Assembly (NCBI GenBank): GCA_963726455.1
Contig: CAVSCK010000005.1
Span: forward strand, 576,001 to 640,000
Direction: 5' to 3'
From: an uncultured bacterium
GTDB lineage: Bacteria > Zixibacteria > MSB-5A5 > CAIYYT01
DNA length: 64,000 bases
Shown here: piece by piece, positions 1 through 9,787 of the stretch
Numbering within the stretch: position 1 is the first letter of the stretch
How the letters are laid out: every line of letters starts with the position of its first letter
The notes under the pieces: generated by a model
Seen by the model: the letters and a program-made list of their open reading frames with translations, nothing else
Told to the model about the DNA's origin: nothing
The model's database searches: none
Position numbers and translations under genes: made by a program

Positions 1-68
1 GTGGCTTGCAAGCATTTCCACAAAGTGACGTCAGTTGTCCACACCAGTATGCCCGTATCCGAGCGGTC

Positions 69-446
69 TCAGGACACCGGCTTTCTCTCATTGACTTTAT
101 CGGCTCTTACTTCCCCCTCTTTTACTCCTTTCATCTGGCACGATCCATGAAATATGGCGCCCTGCTCGATAACGATATTCTTGGTGGTTATGTCTCCCAA
201 TACCTTGGCCTTGGCCTGAAGTTCAATTTTCTCGCTGGTATGAATGTTGCCGATAATTGCTCCCGTGACGATCACGATCTTGGCGTCGATATCGGCCTCG
301 ACCTCGCCGGTCGCGCCGACGGTCACGGTCTCGTCGCAAATAATCTTGCCCTTGATTCTGCCATCGATTCTTAGCAGACCCTTAACTTCCATGTTGCCGG
401 TAAAGAGACTGTCTTTGCCGATGATAGTGCTCAGATTCTCCGCCAT
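69..446 (-). CDS. Bactofilin (polymer-forming cytoskeletal protein, CcmA family)
   Basis: STIIGKDSLFTGNMEVKGLLRIDGRIKG...IEQGAIFHGSCQM beta-helix pattern; lies directly downstream of an M23 peptidase, a common pairing. Confidence 0.92.
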   Translation of the reverse strand: MAENLSTIIGKDSLFTGNMEVKGLLRIDGRIKGKIICDETVTVGATGEVEADIDAKIVIVTGAIIGNIHTSEKIELQAKAKVLGDITTKNIVIEQGAIFHGSCQMKGVKEGEVRADKVNERKPVS

Positions 447-459
447 CTCCTGGCCTCCT

Positions 460-1251
460 CTATTTACGCTTGTCTAAGTAATCCTCTGGATTAACTGCCA
501 CGCCGTCTTTTCTGATTTCATAGTGCACGTGTGGCGCCGTGCTCGATCCGGTATTTCCCGAAACTGCAATCGTCTCGCCAAATTTCGCAACATCGCCCGC
601 GTGCACCAAGAGCGAGTCGTTGTGGCCGTACATCGTTTCCAATCCGTCGGCATGCTTGAGAATAACTTCCCAGCCGAAGGTCGAATCCCAACCCGCGAAA
701 CTCACCACCCCGTCGGCAGTAGCAATCACCGGCGTGCCGACTCCCACCGCCAGATCAATTCCGAAATGCCTGACCCTCGGGTTCGCGTCGTCGGGCTGAT
801 ATGATCGCGAAAGGTATCCCTTGACCGGATAGCCCAGCGGCAGCGGATGCGGCTGCGCATCGCTCACTTCAGCGTTGTTGACCTGTGGCTCAGTACCGGC
901 GGCAACTGCACTGCTGTCGATCATCGACATGCCCACGGCGTCCAGATCGATTCCGGCCAGTAACGTCATCTTCTTGAGCATTGTGCGGTAGGTTTCCAGA
1001 TTCTTTTCCAACTGGTCAACCTTGGTGGTATACCGTTTCATTTGCTCCACTTCCGCAGCCAGTCGGTCCCGGTCCAGCGATTTGGTCAAGAGTGTACCGT
1101 ATGAAATGATACCGATAATCGTCGCCAAGAGCGCCAAGGCGGCGACACCGAGAGCGATCTTGAATGTCAGATGCGAAAACTTGATCGACACTGGGCTCTT
1201 GCCGCTGTCGGAAATGATCATCACTGTTACATGACCGGAATTGGTCCACAT
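460..1251 (-). CDS. M23 family metallopeptidase (N-terminal TM helix and coiled coil)
   Basis: HFGIDLA (HxxxD) and STAPHVHYE (HxH) zinc motifs; YGHN motif. Confidence 0.92.
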   Translation of the reverse strand: MWTNSGHVTVMIISDSGKSPVSIKFSHLTFKIALGVAALALLATIIGIISYGTLLTKSLDRDRLAAEVEQMKRYTTKVDQLEKNLETYRTMLKKMTLLAGIDLDAVGMSMIDSSAVAAGTEPQVNNAEVSDAQPHPLPLGYPVKGYLSRSYQPDDANPRVRHFGIDLAVGVGTPVIATADGVVSFAGWDSTFGWEVILKHADGLETMYGHNDSLLVHAGDVAKFGETIAVSGNTGSSTAPHVHYEIRKDGVAVNPEDYLDKRK

Positions 1252-2105
1252 TAAATGACAACTCCCAAAAGCTCAAGAATACGCGTCAGATCCTCGTCGC
1301 CGTAAAACTGAATCGTGATCTTCCCTTTTTTCAGTCCGCGGCTGATCATCACGTTCGTGCCCAGCTTCTGTTTGAGCGCTGTCTCAGCCGTGGCAATTTC
1401 GATCGGCCGCGATTTGATCTTCAGGCTCTTGCCGCGCCGGCGCTTCCTGGGACCGTAAATGATTTCTTCGATCGCGCGCACGGATAAATCCTCTTCCAGA
1501 ATCCGCCGCGCCAATAACAACTGTTCTTTTTCGGATTGCAGCGCCAGAATCGCGCGCGCGTGTCCCTCACGCAGTTTGCCCTGGGCGATCTTGTCCTTGA
1601 TTTCCTCCGGAAGCTGCAGCAGCCGCAGCGTGTTCGCAATGGACGAGCGGTCTTTACCGATACGTCCCGCCAGCTCCTGCTGTGACACGCCGAACTCGGA
1701 CAACAGGCGATTGTAGCCGTGCGCCAATTCCAGCGGATTCAAATCGTCGCGCTGCAAATTCTCGATAATGGATACTTCGAGCACTTCTCGGTCATTGAGA
1801 TCACCGACGATCATTGCCGGCACTTGCTCCATCCCGATCTTCTCGGCGGCGCGAAAACGCCGCTCACCCGCGACGATCTCATATTTCCCGTTGGATTTGC
1901 GCACCAGAATCGGTTGCAGCACACCCTTCTGCGCTATCGAATCGGCCAGCTCGGAAAGCTTTTGGTCCTCGAAAAACTTGCGCGGCTGATTGTGGCTCGG
2001 TACGATCTCCTGCAGATTCAGCATCACGAAATTCTTGCCCGGTCGGCTTTCAGGAGCGTCGGGAATCAATGCCGACAGCCCTTTGCCAAGTGCCATCTTC
2101 TTCAT
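1251..2105 (-). CDS. parB: Chromosome partitioning protein ParB/Spo0J
   Basis: LGKGLSALI N-terminus, GERRFRA box, IENLQRDDLNPLE, HTH. Confidence 0.97.
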   Translation of the reverse strand: MKKMALGKGLSALIPDAPESRPGKNFVMLNLQEIVPSHNQPRKFFEDQKLSELADSIAQKGVLQPILVRKSNGKYEIVAGERRFRAAEKIGMEQVPAMIVGDLNDREVLEVSIIENLQRDDLNPLELAHGYNRLLSEFGVSQQELAGRIGKDRSSIANTLRLLQLPEEIKDKIAQGKLREGHARAILALQSEKEQLLLARRILEEDLSVRAIEEIIYGPRKRRRGKSLKIKSRPIEIATAETALKQKLGTNVMISRGLKKGKITIQFYGDEDLTRILELLGVVI

Positions 2106-2860
2106 AATCTCAATACCTCCTCCGTCAGAGAGATATAATTCTCCGCGCCGGATGATCCAATGTCGTACAGAATGATCGGCTTGCCGTGCGAGGGCGCCTC
2201 GCCGAGCCGGACATTGCGGTTTATCACCGTGCTGAATACTTTGCCCTTGAAATAAGACCGGGCTTCTTCAACCACCTGCCGCGCCAGGTTCAGGCGCGGA
2301 TCGTACATGGTGATAAGAATTCCACCGATATCCAGTTTCGGATTCAGCCCGTTCTGTACCAGTTGCACGGTCTTCATCAACTGCCCCAGTCCCTCCAGTG
2401 CGTAATACTCCGCCTGCACCGGTACCAGCAGCAGATCTCCGGCGACCAGTCCGTTCAATGTCAGTAAACCCAGTGATGGTGGACAGTCGATGACGATGTA
2501 ATCATAATAATCGCGCACTACCGCCAGTCGATCCCGCAGAACCGTTTCGCGATCGGTGCGCTCGACCAACTGGAGTTCGGCTTCAACCAGATTGATGTTG
2601 GCTGGAATCATGTCGAGATGCTTGATGTTAGTGCGCACTATCAATTCCTCGGTCGGGCGCGAATCAAGCAGGAGATCATAGCTCGATGATGGCAAGTTAT
2701 TCTTGTCGAAGCCCATTCCCGAGGTTGCATTGGACTGCGGATCCAAGTCTATGAGCAGCGTCGATTTTTCGGCAATAGCAATACAAGCGGACAGATTGAT
2801 CGCCGTGGTGGTTTTGCCGACGCCACCCTTTTGATTCGCTATCGTGAAGACCTTAGCCAG
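2102..2860 (-). CDS. parA: Chromosome partitioning ATPase ParA/Soj; probable start is CTG at 2860 behind AGGAGG (the ORF is open to 2908)
   Basis: ANQKGGVGKTTT deviant Walker A, DLDPQSNAT, IDCPPSLG, EAPSHGKP. Confidence 0.97.
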   Translation of the reverse strand: MAKVFTIANQKGGVGKTTTAINLSACIAIAEKSTLLIDLDPQSNATSGMGFDKNNLPSSSYDLLLDSRPTEELIVRTNIKHLDMIPANINLVEAELQLVERTDRETVLRDRLAVVRDYYDYIVIDCPPSLGLLTLNGLVAGDLLLVPVQAEYYALEGLGQLMKTVQLVQNGLNPKLDIGGILITMYDPRLNLARQVVEEARSYFKGKVFSTVINRNVRLGEAPSHGKPIILYDIGSSGAENYISLTEEVLRL

Positions 2861-3012
2861 CTTCGACCTCCTAGTACTCTCTCCAGACTTGAAGGTGATA
2901 TTAAGCATCAGGCACCCGATTCAGCAAGTAAAAACTCACACTCCCACATGATTTTTTCGCAGTTGGCAGTTGTGGCGAACCCGGGTTATCGGAGGTTGCA
3001 CAATGAAGCAGT

Positions 3013-3645
3013 TTACCGACGCGTCAAAATCAGAAGTTTCGCCAGGCGCGGACCGACTTCGTAGAGGGTTTCGCTTTCTATTTCGAAGCCGAGATCATGG
3101 ATGCCGGCTGGATCCAGAATCTCTTCTGCTGATCGTGGCAGCAGCAGTCTGGAGGATTGCTTCAGATGCGGTGCTGACAATTTGCAGATCAAATCCACGG
3201 TACCAAAGGCCTTGGCGATGCAATAATCAGCCGACAGACTCGGAAGTGATTCGATTCGCGCCGCGTGGAACTCGCAGGAAGCGAATTCGAGCAATGATGA
3301 CGCTGCGCGCTGGAATTCGATCTTGCGCTGATTCGAATCTACCGAAACGATCTGTAGATCGGGACGCACAATCTTGTGCACGATCCAGGGAAAACCTGCG
3401 CCAGAGCCAATATCCAGCAGCTTCGCGCTGTTGGCATAGTCAATCAGTTTAAGCACTGCCAGCGAGTCTGCGATCAGGTCGTCGACAACTAGCGCGGAAT
3501 CGCGGCGCGACACCAGATTGACTCGCTGGTTTATTTTGAGCAGATACGAGGTGAACTGTCTGAGTCTGTACTCCACGTCCGACGCGCCGGCCGGCAGCAG
3601 TGTACGTAGGATGTCCTGGTACGAAGGTCGAGATGGCGTGGTCAT
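3013..3645 (-). CDS. rsmG: 16S rRNA (guanine(527)-N7)-methyltransferase RsmG/GidB
   Basis: NQRVNLVS, LDIGSGAGFP SAM motif; located between mnmG and parA. Confidence 0.9.
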   Translation of the reverse strand: MTTPSRPSYQDILRTLLPAGASDVEYRLRQFTSYLLKINQRVNLVSRRDSALVVDDLIADSLAVLKLIDYANSAKLLDIGSGAGFPWIVHKIVRPDLQIVSVDSNQRKIEFQRAASSLLEFASCEFHAARIESLPSLSADYCIAKAFGTVDLICKLSAPHLKQSSRLLLPRSAEEILDPAGIHDLGFEIESETLYEVGPRLAKLLILTRR

Positions 3646-5501
3646 GTTTCACGTGAAACAGATCGGGTGTCATGTCTCTTCAGGTGGACCATCAAGACCG
3701 TGATGTCAGAGTAGGTCACACCGGCCAATCGCGATGCCTGCCCAAGGTTTATCGGCTTAAAGCGGTGCAATACGCCGACCGCCTCGGTCTTAAGTCCGCT
3801 CACCGTTCTGACATCGAAGGTCTCCGGGATCATCTTGGATTCCAACTGTTTGAAGCGTTCAATTTCCCGCTGCTGTTTGTCAAGATAACCCTCATACTTG
3901 ATTTCGATTTCCACCTGCTCGGCGCAGCCGACTGGATAAGAGCGGGAAGTGTCATCAACGCCCGCAAAATCACAATAGTGAACTTGTGGTCGTTTCAGCA
4001 GTTGCGAAAGAGGCAGCTTATCAGTATTGACTGCACTTAAGTCAACTTGCGATATCAGTACGGAAGTACTTCCGAGCCGCAGTTTCTCGGCGTCAATCAG
4101 CGCGCGCCGTTGCAGATAAGTATCGTAAGTGGCATCATCAACCAGGCCGAACTTCCTCCCGTAGGCAATCAGTCGATCAGCGGCGTTATCCTCCCTTAGT
4201 GCAAGACGATACTCGGCTCGCGAGGTGAACATGCGATACGGCTCAGTAGGTACGCGTATCACCAGATCGTCAATCATCACACCGATATAGGCCTCGGAGC
4301 GATCGAGATAGAACGGTTCCTGGTGCATGACTTTCAAGCCCGCGTTGATGCCGGCCATCAGCCCCTGCGCAGCGGCTTCCTCGTAACCGGAAGTGCCGTT
4401 GATCTGGCCGGCGAAAAAGAGATTCTCGACAACTCGCGTTTCGAGTGATGGTTTGACCTGATAGGCAGGGAAGAAATCGTACTCGATGGCGTAACCGGGG
4501 CGGTTCATCACAACTTGCTCAAGGCCTGGAATCGAATGCAGAACATCAAGTTGCACGTCTTCAGGCAGTGAGGTCGACAAACCATTGATATAGATTTCAT
4601 TGGTATCAAGCCCTTCCGGTTCAAGAAACAACTGATGGCGTTCTTTGTCGCGGAAGCGATTGATCTTGTCCTCGATCGACGGACAGTAGCGCGGACCAAT
4701 GCCTTTGATATTGCCTGAGAACATCGCAGAGCGATGCAGGTTCTGTTCTACCAGCTCGCGAGTCTGTTGAGAGGTGTAGGTTATATGGCACAAGGCCTTG
4801 TTAGTCAGTTTGTTGCGTGTCTTATACGAGAATGGTCGGAAGGTGTCATCGCCGGGCTGTTTTTCGAGCCGGTCGAAATCAATCGTGCTGCCATCCAGGC
4901 GCGGCGGTGTCCCAGTTTTGAGGCGGCCGGCTTGGAAGCCCAATTTCTGTAAGGACTCTGATAGATCGAGCGACGGCGACTCGTTAACTCTCCCAGCCGG
5001 AGTCTGTTTGTCGCCAATATGGATGAGTCCATTCAGAAAAGTTCCCGATGCCAGCACGCAGGCACTGGCTGATATCGTACTGTCGTCCATCATGATAACG
5101 CTATTGAATACGCCGATTGCGGCCGTTATTTCTCTGACCATACCTGCGACAATAGAGAGATTCGGAATTTCCGACAGCACTTTCTGAGCGAACTGGCGGT
5201 AGAGTTTGCGATCGGTTTGGACGCGGGAGGACCAGACTGCCGGGCCTTTACTCTTGTTAAGCGTGCGGAAATGGATGCCGGTGTTGTCGGTGATATATCC
5301 CATGACACCGCCGAGAGCGTCGATTTCTCGCACCAGTTGGCCCTTGCCGACGCCGCCGATCGCGGGATTGCAGGACATCTCTCCGATTTTGGCGGGATCC
5401 CCGGTTATCAGCGCAGTCGACAAACCCATACGGGCGCTGGCGACAGCGGCCTCGATACCGGCATGGCCACCACCGATCACTATGACATCATAATTCGCCA
5501 T
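3642..5501 (-). CDS. mnmG: tRNA uridine-5-carboxymethylaminomethyl(34) synthesis enzyme MnmG/GidA
   Basis: YDVIVIGGGHAGIEAA, MSCNPAIGG, GPRYCPSIEDK, GQINGTSGYEEAAAQG, EPYRMFTSRAEYRL; ATG at 5501. Confidence 0.98.
   Translation of the reverse strand: MANYDVIVIGGGHAGIEAAVASARMGLSTALITGDPAKIGEMSCNPAIGGVGKGQLVREIDALGGVMGYITDNTGIHFRTLNKSKGPAVWSSRVQTDRKLYRQFAQKVLSEIPNLSIVAGMVREITAAIGVFNSVIMMDDSTISASACVLASGTFLNGLIHIGDKQTPAGRVNESPSLDLSESLQKLGFQAGRLKTGTPPRLDGSTIDFDRLEKQPGDDTFRPFSYKTRNKLTNKALCHITYTSQQTRELVEQNLHRSAMFSGNIKGIGPRYCPSIEDKINRFRDKERHQLFLEPEGLDTNEIYINGLSTSLPEDVQLDVLHSIPGLEQVVMNRPGYAIEYDFFPAYQVKPSLETRVVENLFFAGQINGTSGYEEAAAQGLMAGINAGLKVMHQEPFYLDRSEAYIGVMIDDLVIRVPTEPYRMFTSRAEYRLALREDNAADRLIAYGRKFGLVDDATYDTYLQRRALIDAEKLRLGSTSVLISQVDLSAVNTDKLPLSQLLKRPQVHYCDFAGVDDTSRSYPVGCAEQVEIEIKYEGYLDKQQREIERFKQLESKMIPETFDVRTVSGLKTEAVGVLHRFKPINLGQASRLAGVTYSDITVLMVHLKRHDTRSVSRET
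3645..3660. promoter_or_regulatory. parS centromere-like site
   Basis: Perfect palindrome TGTTTCACGTGAAACA matching the canonical parS consensus; parAB is adjacent. Confidence 0.95.
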
Positions 5502-5747
5502 GGCAGGTGGCAATGATACGCTCCGCAGCCAATAAAATCAAGCGGCAAATATGAGAGCCCGCATCGAGTCCGCTGCAGAGGGAGGCAAGAAGATCATACA
5601 GGAATGTTCAACCTACCGGAGATCACTGACGGGAGATGATGAAGCGGAAGCACCCACTCTCGCGAGTGGGATACACCGCGATTCTGAGGTTAATTCAGCG
5701 ATCTAACTATCTTATTTACAGAGTGTAAGGAGAGCTTGAATCGGCAA

Positions 5748-5763
5748 TGTTTCACGTGAAACA
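5748..5763. promoter_or_regulatory. parS centromere-like site (second copy)
   Basis: Perfect TGTTTCACGTGAAACA a few nt past the mnmE stop codon. Confidence 0.95.
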
Positions 5764-5767
5764 GGGG

Positions 5768-7161
5768 CTATTTGCCAATGCAGAAGCGCGAAAAGATCTC
5801 GGAAAGCAGATCCTCAGTGGTGATTTTGCCGAGGATTTCCTCTAGGTGGTTGATGGCCTGGCGAAGGTCGAAGGCGAGGAGTTCGAAACTCTCTCCCCCA
5901 TCCAGTTTCTGGTAGGTTTCGCGTAGTGCGCCTACGGCTTTCTGGGCTGAATCATAGTGGCGCCGATTGGTCAATACGTTATCGCCGGTGGCGGAGCTTG
6001 GCAGCGAATTTCGCAGAATGACGGCGATACTTCGCAATAGTTCATCGACTCCAATCAGCGTCCTGGCGGATACGAATACCGGCGAGAACGATGAAAGTTT
6101 GGATTCCAGTTGCTTTCGTGTCGCGTTGTCGACCAGATCGATCTTGTTAAGAACCAGCATGGCGTCCTTGTCCCTGATACTCGGTCATGGCTGATGTTAC
6201 CGCATCCGCACCGGTTGTCGTGATATCGAATACGCAGATGATCAGGTTGGAAGCGGCGATTTCGCGACGGGAGCGCTCGATGCCGGCGGTTTCGATCGTG
6301 TCTTGCGATTCGCGCAGTCCGGCGGTGTCGATGAATCGCACCGCTAGACCGTCAATTTCGATCTTCTCGGCGATAGTATCTCTGGTGGTGCCGGGAATTT
6401 CCGTGACAATCGCGCGCTCTTCGGCCAAAATCGCGTTGAACAGTGACGATTTGCCGGCGTTGGTTGGACCAACAATTGGTATCTGAACGCCGGAGCGAAT
6501 GATCTCTCCGCGCTGGTAGCTTGACGCCAGGCGCGACAGGGATTCGACGGCGGCCGTCGAGCTTCCGGAGAAGTTCTGCTTTCTGCCGCTGAGGAATGTC
6601 TTCCTCAGGGAAATCTGTGTAGGCCTCGAAGAGCGCGGCAATTTCGACCAACTCGGCGCGCAGGGATTTGACATAGGCGGACAATCGACCCGAGAGCTGA
6701 TAGAGGGCCGCTTGCTGAAAGGATGCGCTTTCGGCAGCGATCAGGTCGGCGACGGACTCGGCCTGGATCAGATCGATTCGACCTGACAGAAATGCCCTCA
6801 GCGTAAACTCGCCGGGAGTGGCATGGCGAGCGCCGTGATCTATGGCAATGGTGACGATCTGTTTGAGAATCTGCGGGTTGCCGTGAGCGGAAATTTCGAC
6901 GACATCCTCACCTGTGTAGCTGTTCGGCGCGAGGAAGATCGAGACCAAGACTTCATCGGCAAGGGAATCGCTGGACCGATCGCGAACGAAGCCGTGATGA
7001 ACAGTGTGCGATAGCATTTTTGGCAAAACGACTTTAGTATCGACTATCGCAGCGGTGACGGCGAGCGCCTGTCTGCCGGAGATGCGGATTACGCCGATAC
7101 CGCCATGGCCGGGCGGAGTCGAGATCGCGACGATGGTGTCGTCGCTGTCGGGGAGCGTCAT
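5768..7161 (-). CDS. mnmE: tRNA modification GTPase MnmE/TrmE, split over three frames (two indels, probably assembly errors)
   Basis: DTIVAISTPPGHGGIGVIRISG (6352-7161), GPTNAGKSSL/GTTRD/DTAG (6147-6674), NKID...IFSRFCIGK (5768-6160). Confidence 0.95.
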
Positions 7162-8821
7162 CTTACCTGCGGATTCGTTGCCACCATAACTCGTTTGATA
7201 TTCAGAGTCTCAAAGATCGAAAGCACCGCATAGGTAGTCCAGTAGAGCACCAGGCCGACCGGCAAGCGTTCTAAAGAAGAAGGCGAAAATCAACGGCATC
7301 AGGTAGACCATCATCTTCTGCTTGGGATCGCTGATGGACATCTTCTGCTGGATGAATTGCGCGATGGTCATGATGATGAGCATGATATAGGGAAACGGAT
7401 CGGGTTGCGACAGGTCAGGCCAGTAGCCGAGGAAATAGGCATGACGAAATTCAATGGTAGAGCGAAAGACCTGATAGAGGCCGAACATCAGCGGCATCTG
7501 CGGCAACATCAGGAGGCAACTGCCAAAAGGATTGACTTTTTCCTCCTTATATAGTTTCATCATGGCGGCATTCAGTTTCTGCGGATCGCTCTTGAACTTG
7601 ACCTTCAGCTCTTCCATTTTGGGCTGCAGATTTTTCATCTTCTGCATGGAGATCAAGCTTTTCTTGGTGAGGGGATAGACAATCAGCTTCATCAGGATTC
7701 CCATGATGATGATCACGAAACCATAGTTGGGAATGATGTGATGTAATTGAATCGTCACCCAGTAAACTGCATGCGAGAAGGGGCGAATAATCTTCCAACC
7801 CCAGTCGATGAAATCTTCGAGATTGACGCCAAAGGCCTTTAGAATCGGGGTGTCAAGCGGTCCGGCGAAGATCGTGTATTGATTCGTAAGATTGTCGGCG
7901 GCGCCAACCGGCATAACGATACCGGCAGAAATTGCGCGGCGTTCGTAGCTCGTATTATTGACGGTTTCGACTGCTTTGTCGCCTCTAAACGTGGCGCCGG
8001 TGCCGGTAGCACCCTTGGGAATGATGGCATAAGCGAAATATTTGGTGCGGGAACCGACCCAAAGTGCGGGACCGGAGGGGTCGTCCTTGAGGCGGTTCTG
8101 CTCGAACTTGTCAATCTTGTACATTTCATCCGAGAGATAAACACCGCCTTTGTAATTCGAGTAGTCGTCGGCGAGATTCTTTTCGCTGGGCGGAATCGGC
8201 GGCATCCAGGCGAGGACGTACTCGCGTTCGAGGCCAAGCTGCTTGACACCGTTGACTGACACGTTGACGTCGAAGTTGTACTTGTCGCCGTAGAACACGA
8301 ATTCCTTGACGATTTCGCCTTTGCCCGGAATGGAGGCGGTGAATTTGATCGACTGTGTCGACGCACCGGTAGCCGTCCGGAGAGAATCGCCACTCGCGGT
8401 GTAGGTCAGGGACGTTGTCGGTGAAATTGCCGGTATATGAATGTATTGTCGGGGTCGCCTGTGAGTTCATGGCGATCAAATCGACAAGAGTGCTGTCGGA
8501 ATGTTTGTATTTCTTGAGATCAAGAGCAATCAGTCCGCCGCCTTTGTTGCTGAGAATGGCGTGGTAAAGATCAGTTTCGACTTCGTAACGGTGCTCCGGG
8601 ATTGATTCCTCCTGGGCGATGGCGGATGTATCAAGTGTCGCTGTTTTCGTACTTTCAGGAGCGACCGGCGCGGCCTTGGTGAGCGTGTCCGCGGGTTGAG
8701 TTTCCGATGTGGTCGGCGGCTGCGGTTTTGGCGCCGGTGCGTTTTTGGACCACCAAAGTTGCCAGACAACGAAAATGAGGATGATCAGAATAAAGGCGAT
8801 TACCGTATTGCGGTCAAACAT
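7158..8821 (-). CDS. yidC: Membrane protein insertase YidC, frameshifted near 8.4 kb and 7.26 kb
   Basis: MFDRNTVIAFILI N-terminus; IDWGW, NYGFVII, LQPKMEELK, KVNPFGSCL; GLVLYW tail in an alternate frame ending at TGA 7158; synteny. Confidence 0.93.
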
Positions 8822-8824
8822 GTG

Positions 8825-9046
8825 TCACTCTACCGGGTCATAGCCGCCGGGGTGCCAGGGATGGCAGCGTCCGAGCCGCTTTAGGGTCATGTGGGTGCCC
8901 CTGAAAATGCCATACTTGCGATAGGCCTCCAGGGAGTATTGCGAGCAGGTGGGGTAGAAGCGGCAGACCTTGGGCAGCAACGGTCCGGCGACAAGCTGAT
9001 ACGCCTTGACCAGATAGGATGCCGCAAATCCGAGGATTCTACTCAT
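8825..9046 (-). CDS. yidD: Membrane protein insertion efficiency factor YidD
   Basis: CRFYPTCSQY...RLGRCHPWHPGGYDPV. Confidence 0.95.
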   Translation of the reverse strand: MSRILGFAASYLVKAYQLVAGPLLPKVCRFYPTCSQYSLEAYRKYGIFRGTHMTLKRLGRCHPWHPGGYDPVE

Positions 9047-9350
9047 GGTCGAACAACTGTTGGAGTTCGGCTGACACCTGCTGGAAATCCATTTCAAAGG
9101 TTCCGTGTTTGGGCATGAGAACGACTGAATCAGACGCGGGCCAAAGCGATTTGTGGGTGCGAACGAACTCCCGCATCAGTCGTTTCATCCGGTTGCGCCG
9201 CACAGCATTGCCGAGCCGTTTGGGCGTGCGGAAACAGAATTGGGTTCGCCCCAAAACAGAAGCGAGACGGAAGACCACGAAGTGGTCAGATTCCCGTCGC
9301 GCGCCCTGCCGGACAGTCTGTTGGATAAGGCGGTGGTCCGCCAGAGACAT
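9039..9350 (-). CDS. rnpA: Ribonuclease P protein component
   Basis: KRLGNAVRRNRMKRLMRE RNR motif; between rpmH and yidD. Confidence 0.9.
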   Translation of the reverse strand: MSLADHRLIQQTVRQGARRESDHFVVFRLASVLGRTQFCFRTPKRLGNAVRRNRMKRLMREFVRTHKSLWPASDSVVLMPKHGTFEMDFQQVSAELQQLFDHE

Positions 9351-9366
9351 ACCCCTGTCGAAACTG

Positions 9367-9513
9367 TTATCTTTCGTCAGAAACCGTCAGTTTTTTCCTG
9401 CCGTGACGACGTCTGCGGCTGAGCACCAGACGGCCACCTCGGGTTGACATACGTTTACGGAAACCGTGGTCGTTTTTCCGTTTTTTGTTAGAGGGTTGAT
9501 AAGTTCTCTTCAT
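9367..9513 (-). CDS. rpmH: 50S ribosomal protein L34 (absent from the ORF track, 48 aa)
   Basis: Manual translation [48 protein letters not shown]; AGGAG SD upstream. Confidence 0.97.
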   Translation of the reverse strand: MKRTYQPSNKKRKNDHGFRKRMSTRGGRLVLSRRRRHGRKKLTVSDER

Positions 9514-9548
9514 GCTTCTCCTAGAAAGTACTCCTTAACAAGTTAGTT

Positions 9549-9577
9549 AGTTTACGTACGGCGGGCGGGGAAGTCAA
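9549..9577 (-). promoter_or_regulatory. Sigma70-type promoter of rpmH
   Basis: Minus strand TTGACT-N17-TAAACT, about 35 nt upstream of the rpmH ATG. Confidence 0.7.
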
Positions 9578-9748
9578 GGAAATTATCGGGGAGGGGAAAG
9601 CGCTTGCCGAGCAGAGAGATAGCTGCCGACTGAAGAATGTCCCTGACCTTCTGTCCCTGACGGAGAGACATAAGGGAGAAGAGCCGAGCGTCGTGAGCGC
9701 TTGGCTCCTGACCCGTTTCACTGTCAAACGACTTGGCCGCGAAATTTG

Positions 9749-9775
9749 TGTAACGCCATTGATCGAAAGGGGTCT
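9749..9775 (+). promoter_or_regulatory. Candidate ECF-type autoregulatory promoter
   Basis: TGTAAC-N17-GTCT about 12 nt before the ECF sigma ATG at 9788; matches the general ECF AAC...GTC pattern. Confidence 0.45.
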
Positions 9776-9787
9776 TTATTGTGGCAC

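Noticed and set aside
5768-8821. mnmE and yidC as true pseudogenes or programmed frameshifts
   Set aside because: Motifs are intact, I saw no shared slippery site, and similar indels are scattered through unrelated genes, which fits assembly error
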